Shown here: positions 1 through 8,487 of the stretch, one piece after another | How the letters are laid out: every line of letters begins with the position of its first letter | Position numbering within the stretch: the first letter of the stretch is position 1 | NCBI RefSeq assembly: GCF_011601265.1 | Contig: NZ_JAAOLX010000017.1 | Span: forward strand, 1-32,000 | Direction: 5' to 3' | DNA from: Iodobacter violaceini | Lineage (GTDB): Bacteria; Pseudomonadota; Gammaproteobacteria; Burkholderiales; Chitinibacteraceae | Length of the DNA stretch: 32,000 nt | Position numbers and translations under genes: made by a program | The notes under the pieces: model-generated | Databases searched by the model: none | Told to the model about the DNA's origin: nothing | Seen by the model: the letters and a program-made list of their open reading frames with translations, nothing else

Positions 1-181
1 CCATTGCATCAATATCCCCTCCCCACTTACCATTAACATAAAAAGCAGGAATACCTACTTTGGTATGATTTAAGCCAGTTAATCCACCTGGAACACTCGT
101 ATCTTCTGGCTGTTTTTCTTGGCATGAGACCAAGGAAAAAAACATCGCAAAACAAAAAAACACTTTGAATATAAGTTTCAT
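1..181 (-). CDS. DUF3304-type T6SS-associated lipoprotein, N-terminal part (gene runs off window start)
   Basis: Own translation of the minus strand from ATG (179-181): MKLIFKVFFCFAMFFSLVSCQEKQPEDTSVPGGLTGLNHTKVGIPAFYVNGKWGGDIDAMG... It has a signal peptide plus lipobox (LVSC). It is clearly paralogous at nt and aa level to 209-658. It is absent from the ORF track because it is truncated by the window edge. Confidence 0.6.
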   Translation of the reverse strand, partial: MKLIFKVFFCFAMFFSLVSCQEKQPEDTSVPGGLTGLNHTKVGIPAFYVNGKWGGDIDAM

Positions 182-208
182 TTTTAAAGGCGACTTTATG
201 TTTATCAT

Positions 209-658
209 TTATTTTTTCTCTTCTCCAGAAATTCCTGGGCCAGGATAACCTGGATTTTCAGGATAAAGATTGCTCACAATTACTTTGATTTGCTGTTCAG
301 GTAAAAAATGTACGTAAACACCCCCTCCTCCCGTAGGATACGGGGTCCACTAAAACTTCTTTTTCAAACCAATGCTCTTCCAATGTATCTATCGCATTCC
401 AACGCACTTTTACTTTAAGGCCTTCCTTGGGATACTCTCGCGGCATAGAAACACAACACACTGTTTTTCCCCCACCACCCATTGCACGAAGATTCCCCCC
501 CATTCACCATCAACATAAAAAGCAATAATCGCTACTTTGGTATGATTTAAGCCCGTTAATCCACCCGGAATACTCGTATCTTCCGGCTACGTTACATTGC
601 ATGAAGTCAATAAAAAAACCATTAATAAAAAAAACAATCCTTTTAATCTATTTTCCAT
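209..658 (-). pseudogene. DUF3304-type lipoprotein gene, decayed (1 nonsense + 2 frameshifts)
   Basis: ATG at 656-658 gives MENRLKGLFFLLMVFLLTSCNVT, then an in-frame TAG (the paralog 1-181 has CAG here). The reading frame continues PEDTSIPGGLTGLNHTKVAIIAFYVDGEWGG, then shifts at the C7 run 495-501 into track ORF 297-503 (GNLRAMGGGGKTVCCVSMPREYPKEGLKVKVRW, the family-typical GGGG..CC..P...GL.V.V.W pattern). It shifts again in the G-run near 329-343 into GVYVHFLPEQQIKVIVSNLYPENPGYPGPGISGEEKK with stop at 209-211. Confidence 0.6.
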
Positions 659-689
659 TGCCTTCTCTGCGGATCAAAAGAACACTTAA

Positions 690-1565
690 TTAATTTTTCA
701 TATCCATTTCTTCAAAAAATGCAGCAGGTATTTCAGCTATTGCATCCTGTAATAAAACACCTTGTTTAATGCTTTTTTTCATATCTAAATATTCACAGCG
801 TAAATCCAGCCCCTCCCCATACATAAACCAAAGCACTGCTAATACCAGCACATCATTTTGCTGGCTTTCCAACTGCATTTCCCGCGCTTCTTTTACACTT
901 ATGCACGCTAATTGATAAGATACTGCGTTGGAATATTTATTCAATAAATCAGGAAAATTTACCTGCAACTGGCTCAATAGCGTATCTGGCTCTGATTGCT
1001 CAAGCAAGGCGGCAAACTGCTGATCTGTAAACGCCAGCATTTCTTTAGGCGCGTCTACCCACAGCGGCCCCAAACCCTTGCCCAATTGAGCCTGCCAAGT
1101 ATCTTGGCGGTTTAAATAAAGCCAACAATTGATTGGATTAAATAAAATATCTTTTTGCTGGGGATTTAAAATCTGGAACAAAGACTCGGAAATTCTTGTG
1201 TCCGCAAATCTTAACATCCATGATTTTTCATCAGATACAACAAAATGCAAATATTCTAAATGCTGCTTTAATTCTTTAATATCTCTATTGCTATTTATAA
1301 AACCCAGCATAGGTTTGCCTTCACAAACACGCAGTAAAGATTGTAAAAAAGCAGAATCTCCATTTTTTTTAACTTCAATAATCAAAGGGGACAGCTCGTC
1401 GTATTCCTCCAGCTCAGTACCTGCATAGAGTTGACAGCCCCTAGCCCCAATCAATTTTTTTATCTTTTTTGGTTCAAACGCTGTATCAATTAAGGCAAAC
1501 CACCCCCCCTCAATTTCTAGGTTATTTAAATATGCATCTAAAGTAATTAATTCACTCTCATTCAT
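690..1565 (-). CDS. DUF4123-family T6SS adaptor/chaperone (Tap/Tec-like)
   Basis: 291-aa ORF starting 11 nt after the vgrG1 stop. WFALIDTAFEPKK...QLYAGTELEEYDELSPLIIEV...IKELKQHLEYLHFVV...WMLRFADTRISESLFQILNPQQKDILFNPINCWLYLNR matches the DUF4123 pattern as I remember it (yaLiDaa...sLy.gt...l..v.PyLv...eL..HL......lRfyDpRvl..ll..l...q...lf.pi..w). The position directly downstream of vgrG is typical. Confidence 0.8.
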   Translation of the reverse strand: MNESELITLDAYLNNLEIEGGWFALIDTAFEPKKIKKLIGARGCQLYAGTELEEYDELSPLIIEVKKNGDSAFLQSLLRVCEGKPMLGFINSNRDIKELKQHLEYLHFVVSDEKSWMLRFADTRISESLFQILNPQQKDILFNPINCWLYLNRQDTWQAQLGKGLGPLWVDAPKEMLAFTDQQFAALLEQSEPDTLLSQLQVNFPDLLNKYSNAVSYQLACISVKEAREMQLESQQNDVLVLAVLWFMYGEGLDLRCEYLDMKKSIKQGVLLQDAIAEIPAAFFEEMDMKN

Positions 1566-1576
1566 ACGCCGAATTC

Positions 1577-4234
1577 CTATACCACAAATGGACTGCCTGA
1601 TTTAAGCGCCAGCAATAAACATTCTTTGCATACACTATTCGGAAACTGTGGCAAAGGCAGATTCAATTGCGCAGGCCCACTCAACTCATGACTCGCCCCC
1701 TTAATACTCACTTCACCCGGGCAATGGATTTCTATATTGCCACCTTTTAAGCGGATATAGCCGCCGCCGGAGGTGAAGAGCACTTCGTCGCCTGCGGCGA
1801 TTTCTACTTTTTCTTTGCAGGCAGTGATTTTTACGTTTTTATCTGCGGTGATTTCTACGTCGTCACTCTGCGCCTGCAGCTGGATTTTGCCTTTGGCGGC
1901 GATCAGTTTGAGCGCGACTTTGTCTTTTACCCCGGCCACAAACAGGCTGATGTGTAATCCGACGTTGTGGATCCAGCGGCGGCCGGAGGTTTGGTTGGAG
2001 TCTCTTTGGGCGACCAGATCAAGGTTTGTGCCTGCGGCAATGGTCTGGCTTTGCGGGCTGGTGATGGCTACACCGTCCTCCCCGTGCAGCAGGATGATTT
2101 TTTGTTGGCCGGCCTGGTCTTTGGATTTGCTTTTGCCGTCTTTATCGGTATTTGACCCAGCTTCCAGGCTTTTGCTGGCGTGTACATGGTGGTGCAGATG
2201 GCCGGTGGTGGCTTTTTCGCCTGCGCTGTTGTCAGGCTTGACGGTTTTATCACCGTCGCCGGTTTCTATGGTGTCGGCGAGTTGATTGGTGGCGGTTTCA
2301 CCCAGGCTTTGGGCCAGTGCCAGAGCCGATTCCAGCTGGCTTTGCGCAGGGCGGTGGTCGAGTTGTTTGCCGGATGCGCCGCTTTTGGCTTCGGTGCTAA
2401 TCAGCAGACCATTAGCGCGGATGGCGCCCTGATTGTCCGTGCGTAATTCAAAGCCTTCGCCGCGTGGCTCACCCTTGCCGTCGGTTCTCGGGTGGATCAG
2501 ATAACCAAGATTGAGCTGGGTTTTGCCGTGCTCGCTGGATAATTTGGTGCGGACTTCACCTTTTGTGTCATCAAACAGCAGCTCGCCATACTGGCCGCCT
2601 TCATGCTCTTTGGTTTTGATACCTGATAATGTTTTGTTGGCGGGCAGTGCGCCTGCCCCGCTGAACGCGGGCACGGGATGGCTGCCGTTATAGACCACAC
2701 CGGTGATGATGGGGCGGTCGATATCGCCTTCGATAAAGTCGACCAGCACTTCCTGGCCGATGCGCGGGATGAACTGATGCCCAAAGCCTGCACCTGCCGA
2801 TGGGTAGGCGACGCGGATCCAGCAGGAGGATTTATCATCCAGATTTGCGCCAAACTCCGGGTGCTCGGCAGCGCGCTGCCAGTGAAATTGCACCTTGATC
2901 CGCCCCTGCTCGTCGGTGTGGACTTCTGCACCGGCAGGGCCGACCACGGTGGCGGTTTGTACGCCGCGGCTTTTGGGTTTGCTGTGTTCGATATGGGCAA
3001 AATCAGGCGTAATCGGCTGGCCGCGTCTTTGGGCGGTGAAGCGGGCTTCATACGGTTTAGCGGCATCGGAGGCCAAAAGGCTGGGCGCGACCACGCCCAG
3101 TTGCTGGCTTAAATCCACGGGCAAATTATTATTAGCGGTAAATGTCAGCCCGGTAACGGCAAATTCGCGTTGCTCGGCGCTATCCCATTCGTGGGCGGGG
3201 TGGTCTTCCAGCCGGAACCACTGCCCTGCCTGCAAGGCACGCAAGGTGCCGGAGCCGCTAAAGGATTTCTTTTGCGCGTCTGCAGCCTGCTGACGCAATT
3301 GGGCGTAGTGGCTTAGGCCTTCTGCATCGCTGGCGTAATAGAGGGCCTGCGGGTCGTAATCTTCGAAGCTGGCCTGCAGCTGCTGGCCGCCATCGCCCTG
3401 GTCAATGCGGCTTTCATCAAAGCTTTGGCTGGTGCTGGTGACTTTGTAATCAAAGCTGGCGAGTGACACCGAGCTGCTGCCTACCTGGCGCTGGCTGTTC
3501 CACTCGGTAAGCGCGTCAGATTCTTCCGTGGCATCGGCGCGGTGAAAGCGCACCTGCATTGCCTGGGCTTCGGGTAGCGCAAAGGCATCGTCAAAGATGA
3601 CCAGCTGAACCTGTGGATTATCGCCTGGCAGATGTTCGAATCGCCACGCCAAGCCTTCCTCGGCTAATAATCGCGTCAGAAAATCGAAATCGGATTCACG
3701 GTATTGTAAGCAGTAAGAGCGCGGGCCATGCGTGCCGGAGAGTTTGAAATCCAGCGTTTGCACGGCGGCAAAAACGGGGTTTTTAGCCTGGTGCTCGGCT
3801 AAAACTTGTTTAACGATATCGGGTACGGATAAATCCTGGAATACGCGGGAAGTGCGGCGGTAGCGGAGTAAGGCAAACGGCGGTTCTGCCGTCAGCGCGT
3901 ATTTGGCAAAGCCACCATCTGAACCCAGCAATTGCGCCTGCGAGATGACGCCACAGCGCTCAACTGCATCACCATTGGCATCAGCCACCGATAAAACAAT
4001 AGGTAAACCGAGTAAGGATTTAAGCGCTAAAGCGCCATCAGGCGATAAGCAATCAATCTGATAGCGGTAAGCCTGGTTAATCCCTTCGCTGCCATCCACC
4101 CGCTGAGGTAAAAGCTGCTCACCCCATGCTGCGCCATCTCCTAACTGCAGGGAGATCAATCGCTGATCTTGATTAAATGCAGCCGCAAAGCTGCTCAGTA
4201 ATTGTGATAAAGGCATGGGGGAAATCATTTGCAA
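1577..4234 (-). CDS. vgrG: VgrG spike protein (VgrG1), short Cys-containing C-terminal tail
   Basis: 885-aa ORF with a gp27/gp5-like core. It contains the classic motifs GRIKVQFHWQR and SCWIRVAYPSAGAGFGHQFIPRIGQEVLVDFIEGDIDRPIITGVVYNG, plus a DUF2345-like beta-helix and the tail ...NSVCKECLLLALKSGSPFVV. The start is ambiguous: TTG 4234, ATG 4228 or ATG 4216. Confidence 0.95.
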   Translation of the reverse strand: MQMISPMPLSQLLSSFAAAFNQDQRLISLQLGDGAAWGEQLLPQRVDGSEGINQAYRYQIDCLSPDGALALKSLLGLPIVLSVADANGDAVERCGVISQAQLLGSDGGFAKYALTAEPPFALLRYRRTSRVFQDLSVPDIVKQVLAEHQAKNPVFAAVQTLDFKLSGTHGPRSYCLQYRESDFDFLTRLLAEEGLAWRFEHLPGDNPQVQLVIFDDAFALPEAQAMQVRFHRADATEESDALTEWNSQRQVGSSSVSLASFDYKVTSTSQSFDESRIDQGDGGQQLQASFEDYDPQALYYASDAEGLSHYAQLRQQAADAQKKSFSGSGTLRALQAGQWFRLEDHPAHEWDSAEQREFAVTGLTFTANNNLPVDLSQQLGVVAPSLLASDAAKPYEARFTAQRRGQPITPDFAHIEHSKPKSRGVQTATVVGPAGAEVHTDEQGRIKVQFHWQRAAEHPEFGANLDDKSSCWIRVAYPSAGAGFGHQFIPRIGQEVLVDFIEGDIDRPIITGVVYNGSHPVPAFSGAGALPANKTLSGIKTKEHEGGQYGELLFDDTKGEVRTKLSSEHGKTQLNLGYLIHPRTDGKGEPRGEGFELRTDNQGAIRANGLLISTEAKSGASGKQLDHRPAQSQLESALALAQSLGETATNQLADTIETGDGDKTVKPDNSAGEKATTGHLHHHVHASKSLEAGSNTDKDGKSKSKDQAGQQKIILLHGEDGVAITSPQSQTIAAGTNLDLVAQRDSNQTSGRRWIHNVGLHISLFVAGVKDKVALKLIAAKGKIQLQAQSDDVEITADKNVKITACKEKVEIAAGDEVLFTSGGGYIRLKGGNIEIHCPGEVSIKGASHELSGPAQLNLPLPQFPNSVCKECLLLALKSGSPFVV

Positions 4235-4273
4235 TCCAGGTGGAGCGGGTAAATGGCAAGGGAATGAACGGTA

Positions 4274-4744
4274 TTATTTGCCGATCTCAACACGTACAGC
4301 GTGCTCTGCGTCTTCGGTATTAAAGCGACGGCTTAATTTCTTTTTAGAGATGCCTTGCTTAACCAGGAATTTCTCTACATTCACAGCGCGAGCCAAAGCG
4401 GCGGACTTCGCGTTACCAATGTCTTTCTTGTAGCAATAGCCACGCAGGGTAATTGCTTTGGCTTCTTTTAATTGTGGCAGCAGGCTCATCAGTTGCAGCT
4501 CGTGCTCTGGAGTCAGCTTGGCAGACATTTTGTCAAACTTAAGAAAGGATGGGTCAACAACGGCCTTCTGGGTAGCCGCTGCTGCTGTTTCTGCAGCTTT
4601 TGTAACTGTCGATGTTGTTTCTACTGGTGCATGCTTCCATGAAGTAGAAGGCGTCGCACTCGGTGTTGCTGGATTTTCTGCACATCCGGTCACACTGGCA
4701 GCAATCACAAGTAATGCTGCACAAACAAATCCTGAACGTTTCAT
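4274..4744 (-). CDS. Lipoprotein with divergent OmpA_C-like (peptidoglycan-binding) domain
   Basis: The track ORF 4274-4855 was trimmed to ATG 4744, giving MKRSGFVCAALLVIAASVTGC (signal peptide plus lipobox). A Pro/Thr/Ala-rich linker follows. The C-terminus FDKMSAKLTPEHELQLMSLLPQLKEAKAITLRGYCYKKDIGNAKSAALARAVNVEKFLVKQGISKKKL follows the OmpA-like pattern (F..sa.L......L..l...l.....i.i.Gh.D......LS..RA..V...L...Gi). Confidence 0.6.
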   Translation of the reverse strand: MKRSGFVCAALLVIAASVTGCAENPATPSATPSTSWKHAPVETTSTVTKAAETAAAATQKAVVDPSFLKFDKMSAKLTPEHELQLMSLLPQLKEAKAITLRGYCYKKDIGNAKSAALARAVNVEKFLVKQGISKKKLSRRFNTEDAEHAVRVEIGK

Positions 4745-4784
4745 TGTTAAATCCCTTTTTTTTGAAACAACTAATCTGCTTTGT

Positions 4785-4817
4785 AAGTTGCTGGACTGAG
4801 CATCAGTCCAGCAACTT
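4785..4817 (-). terminator. Perfect 14-15 bp stem-loop just downstream of hcp (possible attenuator/processing hairpin; no clear U-tract)
   Basis: aagttgctggactga-gca-tcagtccagcaactt, located 60 nt after the hcp stop. There is no T-run on either side, so this is not a textbook intrinsic terminator. Confidence 0.35.
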
Positions 4818-4878
4818 GCCAACAGCAGATCAGTTTGCTGCTTATCGCTTATCACCCGAATGGTGATATAAAAACTAT

Positions 4879-5376
4879 TTAAGCGATCGTTTTGTTAGCG
4901 GTCAGATCCCAACCAGAGCTAACATTACCGCCACCAGCGCCATCAGTACGTTTTTGCTGGGTGTAAGTCCACTTGATTTTGCCGTAGCTGAAGCTTACGG
5001 TTTCGCTAGGGAAACCTTCGTCATTAGCTGAACCATGTGGCTCTGCTTTAGAAATCAAAACTTGTTCCATTTTGATTTCCATGTACTTCACTTTGTCGCC
5101 ACCGGAACGGCACAGCTCGATGGTTACATCTTTGATGTGCTTACCAGTGCAGCATGCTTCGTAGATCTTTGGGCTGGCTTTGTCCAAAAAGTGAGTGATA
5201 ACGTATTGAGCGTGGTTTACACGTTCAGCAGTAGCACCACCGGCAGAGCTGGCAGTAGCCTGAGCTGGCTGCTCAATTTTGTGCGAGAAAGATTGGATTT
5301 CGATCCAGTCTTTATGCTTGTCATCAGTAGATTCACCAGGAATACCATCAATTTTCAAAAATGCATCAAAAGCCAT
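4879..5376 (-). CDS. hcp: Hcp (TssD) tube protein
   Basis: MAFDAFLKIDGIPGESTDDKHKDWIEIQSFSH... is a typical Hcp N-terminus. AAGGAG lies 7 nt upstream of ATG 5376. The track start 5382 is a TTG two codons upstream. Confidence 0.95.
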   Translation of the reverse strand: MAFDAFLKIDGIPGESTDDKHKDWIEIQSFSHKIEQPAQATASSAGGATAERVNHAQYVITHFLDKASPKIYEACCTGKHIKDVTIELCRSGGDKVKYMEIKMEQVLISKAEPHGSANDEGFPSETVSFSYGKIKWTYTQQKRTDGAGGGNVSSGWDLTANKTIA

Positions 5377-5424
5377 TTGCAAACTCCTTACAGTTAATAA
5401 AAGTTACTTCTACGCTTCACTGCA

Positions 5425-6906
5425 TCAACGGGTTGGTTTAGGCAACTCAGCCACAAGACGCAAGGAAATGGTTAGCTCATCGAGCTGAAAGTGAGGGCGC
5501 AAGAACGCTGCTGCGCGGTACACACCTGGCTTGCCAGGCACTTCAACCACGTCAACACGTGCTTCACGCAATGGGTATTTAGCTTTGGCTTCCTGGCTGG
5601 CCGAATCATCCAGCAGCACATATTGCGCCAGCCATGTGTTCAGGAAATCCTGCACATTCTGGCGTGAAGCAAAGCTGCCGATCTTGTCGCGCATGATCGA
5701 TTTCATGTAATGCGCAATGCGCGAAACCGAGAAAATATAAGGCAGCTGAGTAGACAAACGCGCATTGGCATTGGCCGAATCAGTGTTATAAGTCTTGGCT
5801 TTTTGCGATGACTGGCCGCTGAAGAAAGCAGCGTAATCGGTGTTTTTACAATGCACTAAGGAGATAAAGCCCAGATCAGACAGCAGCTTTTCAGTGCGGT
5901 CGGTCACGGCGACTTCGGTAGGGCATTTCAGAGCCACTTCACCATCGTCGGTTTTAAAGGTGTGTGCTGGTAAACCTTCTACCAGGCCACCGCCTTCCAC
6001 ACCGCGAATCGCTGCCAGCCAGCCGTATTCGGCAAAAGCAGCAGTTAAGCGCGCGGCATAGGCATAAGAAGCATTGGTCCACAGGTATTTGCTGTGATCG
6101 GTGCCATCGACGTTTTCTTCGAAATCAAATTCTTCAACCGGCACAGTATCGCGGCCATAAGGCAGGCGGCCCAGTACGTGCGGCAGTACCATACCTACAT
6201 AACGCGAATCATCTGATTCACGGAATGATTTCCACTTGGTGTATTCAACCGTATCAAAAATCTTGGCCAGATCGCGTGGCTTGCCGATATCGGTAAAGCT
6301 TTCCAGCCCAAACAGTCCTGCACCAGCTGAGGTAATCAGTGGCGCGTGCGAAGCTGCAGCCACATGAGATAATTCTTCCAGCAGGTAGAAGTCTTCAGGA
6401 TGGCGGCCAAATTCAAAATCGCCCACCAGGCCCGCATATGGTGCGCCACCAAAGGTGCCGTATTCTTCTTCGTAAATCTTTTTAAACAAGGCGCTTTGGT
6501 CAAATTCAGACGAGGCTTTAAAGTCTTTCAGCAGGTCTTTTTTAGACGCGTTCAGCACCTTGATTTTCAGCATGGTGCTGGTTTCTGATTCTGCAGTCAG
6601 ATACTTCAGGCCACGCCATGAGGATTCCAGCTTCTGGAAATCAGCGTGGTGCATGATTTCATTCAGCTGCTCTGAAATCAGCGCATCAATTTCTGCAATA
6701 CGCACATCCATACTGGCGCTTAAATCGCGGGAAATCGTTACGGTGCCCGCCAAAACCTGATCAACCAATTCGCTGATCAAATCACGGGTACGGTCTTTTT
6801 CCTGCTCATTGCTGGCAATACGGCTGTTATCAATAATTGAATCAAGCAAGCTGCTGGCTTCGCTGTGCTCAACGGTGCCCGCTTCAAGCTTCTGTAGATC
6901 TGACAT
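5425..6906 (-). CDS. tssC: TssC (VipB) large sheath subunit
   Basis: 493-aa ORF starting 5 nt after tssB. Its length, position and motifs (FGGAPYAGLVGDFEF, LPHVLGRLPYG, C-terminal RAAAFLRPHFQLDEL) are typical of TssC. Confidence 0.95.
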   Translation of the reverse strand: MSDLQKLEAGTVEHSEASSLLDSIIDNSRIASNEQEKDRTRDLISELVDQVLAGTVTISRDLSASMDVRIAEIDALISEQLNEIMHHADFQKLESSWRGLKYLTAESETSTMLKIKVLNASKKDLLKDFKASSEFDQSALFKKIYEEEYGTFGGAPYAGLVGDFEFGRHPEDFYLLEELSHVAAASHAPLITSAGAGLFGLESFTDIGKPRDLAKIFDTVEYTKWKSFRESDDSRYVGMVLPHVLGRLPYGRDTVPVEEFDFEENVDGTDHSKYLWTNASYAYAARLTAAFAEYGWLAAIRGVEGGGLVEGLPAHTFKTDDGEVALKCPTEVAVTDRTEKLLSDLGFISLVHCKNTDYAAFFSGQSSQKAKTYNTDSANANARLSTQLPYIFSVSRIAHYMKSIMRDKIGSFASRQNVQDFLNTWLAQYVLLDDSASQEAKAKYPLREARVDVVEVPGKPGVYRAAAFLRPHFQLDELTISLRLVAELPKPTR

Positions 6907-6911
6907 AGCGA

Positions 6912-7421
6912 TTACTCCTCTGCAGAGGCTGGTCTAGCCTGGCTAATTTGATGTAATTTTTCGGTATCGCGAACCACTTCATCCAGCAGCTCTTCCAGCT
7001 TATCGTTACCGACTACCTTATTACGCAGATCTGAAAGTCTTCTGCGTGCATCCAGCAGTTTTTTTAATGGCTCAACCTGATTCACCACATTTTGTGGCTC
7101 GAAATCGGCGAGTGATTCAAATTGCAAAGAAACCGACATTTGTGAATCGTCGTCTTTCAATTTGTTATTTACTTTCATAGCAAGGCTGGGTGCCATGCCT
7201 TTTAAAACATCATCAAAATTATCGCGGTCAATTTGAATGAACTTGCGCTCTTTCAATTTGGCCTGTGGGGTATTACCGGTGTAATCGCCCACTACGCCCA
7301 ATACAAAGGGCAGCTCTTTGTTTTCAATTGCGTCGCCAATTTCAACGTCGTAAGTAATCTGAACGCGAGGAGGACGAACGCGCGATAGTTTTTTCTGTGT
7401 GCTTTCCTTGGCCATTGCCAT
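6912..7421 (-). CDS. tssB: TssB (VipA) small sheath subunit
   Basis: 169 aa; [31 protein letters not shown] is the canonical TssB N-terminal region. It lies immediately upstream of tssC. Confidence 0.95.
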   Translation of the reverse strand: MAMAKESTQKKLSRVRPPRVQITYDVEIGDAIENKELPFVLGVVGDYTGNTPQAKLKERKFIQIDRDNFDDVLKGMAPSLAMKVNNKLKDDDSQMSVSLQFESLADFEPQNVVNQVEPLKKLLDARRRLSDLRNKVVGNDKLEELLDEVVRDTEKLHQISQARPASAEE

Positions 7422-7458
7422 TCCTAAATAAAATAAGTTGCAGAATTAAAACACGAAA

Positions 7459-8478
7459 CTAACTGATTCCGTAAGTAATTTTAACGACAATTTCACGCAA
7501 TTTTAATAAAGACAACGTAGGGTCGCTAAGCTGTCTTCCTAAAATATACGAAGCCTCGGCATAGGATTGATGACTGCGCCACGGGGAGTTCAAATCGCAT
7601 ACATTCACTAATTGCAATGGATCAATTGTTTCCCCCCACAACATGCTCAACTGCTTATCAGTCAGAGGATTAAGCGCCAAAGCCATAAACCGGCTGCCAG
7701 CCTGCTCAATAAATGCAAAATTAATCTGACTGATACCCTGGGCATGAATCGCTGCACGGCAAAGTGATAACCAGACAGCGGCACCCAGAATTTCCTCACC
7801 CACACCTACAGGCAATGGCAACAAAAACACTTGCGAGGCCATGCTGCCGCCGTAGCGGCGTGATAATTGCAAATAAAACGCAAAAGCCAGCAGGGTTGAT
7901 TCCAAATCCCCCCGCCCGGCCTTATTCAATGCCTGTTCGAGTAATGTAGCAGGCGTGTTGGCCATATGCCGTTCGAGCAATTGGGCGGCAAGGCCCAGAT
8001 CTGCTGCGGCACGGCTGCCAAACGACATCTGATCTTCCATAAACTGCTTGCAGGCAATCATTTCTACCGAGTTATCCACCGCGCTTTTCAGCTGGTCTTT
8101 TAAACCAGAAAAAAACAGCTCGTTGGCCAGTAAAAACTCGGCTTCATTGCCCATCAGTACATCGCTGGGCACACAGACCCCGGCCACCAGCGGGTAGTAA
8201 CGCAAAGCTTCATCATGGCTGGGCAGGGAAACGCCTAAAAAAGCGCCCCGCAAATCACGGCTGTGCATTAAAAATTCGCTGGCCGGCGCCTGCATATAGC
8301 GTGTTTGCCAATCTGGCTTTAAAGCCAGAACCTTCAGGCTGTCGGCCAGCGACTGATCCACATCCAGCGCAACCGGATGGCTGGCATTGATACGGATAAA
8401 ATCAGCACGCCGGGGTAATTTGCCAAAAATTGCATATTGCATCGGCAAATCCTGAGCCCGTTTAAAATTATTTAGCAT
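7459..8478 (-). CDS. tagF: TagF (DUF2094/ImpM-like) T6SS accessory/repressor protein, long form (339 aa)
   Basis: The N-terminal FGKLPRRADFIRI matches the TagF signature (GKLP..gDFv). It starts 9 nt after the tssM stop, a common tssM-tagF arrangement. Confidence 0.75.
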   Translation of the reverse strand: MLNNFKRAQDLPMQYAIFGKLPRRADFIRINASHPVALDVDQSLADSLKVLALKPDWQTRYMQAPASEFLMHSRDLRGAFLGVSLPSHDEALRYYPLVAGVCVPSDVLMGNEAEFLLANELFFSGLKDQLKSAVDNSVEMIACKQFMEDQMSFGSRAAADLGLAAQLLERHMANTPATLLEQALNKAGRGDLESTLLAFAFYLQLSRRYGGSMASQVFLLPLPVGVGEEILGAAVWLSLCRAAIHAQGISQINFAFIEQAGSRFMALALNPLTDKQLSMLWGETIDPLQLVNVCDLNSPWRSHQSYAEASYILGRQLSDPTLSLLKLREIVVKITYGIS

Positions 8479-8487
8479 GGCAGCACC

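Noticed and set aside
1595-1625. Shared CKEC motif in the VgrG1 tail (NSVCKECLL) and the Rhs N-terminal domain (NGCKECKTK, ~21330)
   Set aside because: A four-residue match with no surrounding similarity is likely coincidence. VgrG1 is in any case paired with the DUF4123 module, not with rhs.
1773-3293. Several 60-190-aa ORFs on the plus strand and in alternative minus frames inside vgrG1 (e.g. 1773-2285, 2497-3066, 2678-3112, 2895-3293)
   Set aside because: They lie entirely within a confidently identified 885-aa VgrG gene. Their composition is low-complexity, Ala/Gly/Pro/Ser-rich and typical of shadow frames in GC-rich coding DNA, and they show no start context or motifs.
4745-4855. N-terminal 37-aa extension of the OmpA-like lipoprotein ORF (track start 4855)
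   Set aside because: The extension overlaps the perfect hairpin at 4785-4817 and would bury the signal peptide. ATG 4744 gives a canonical signal peptide plus lipobox.
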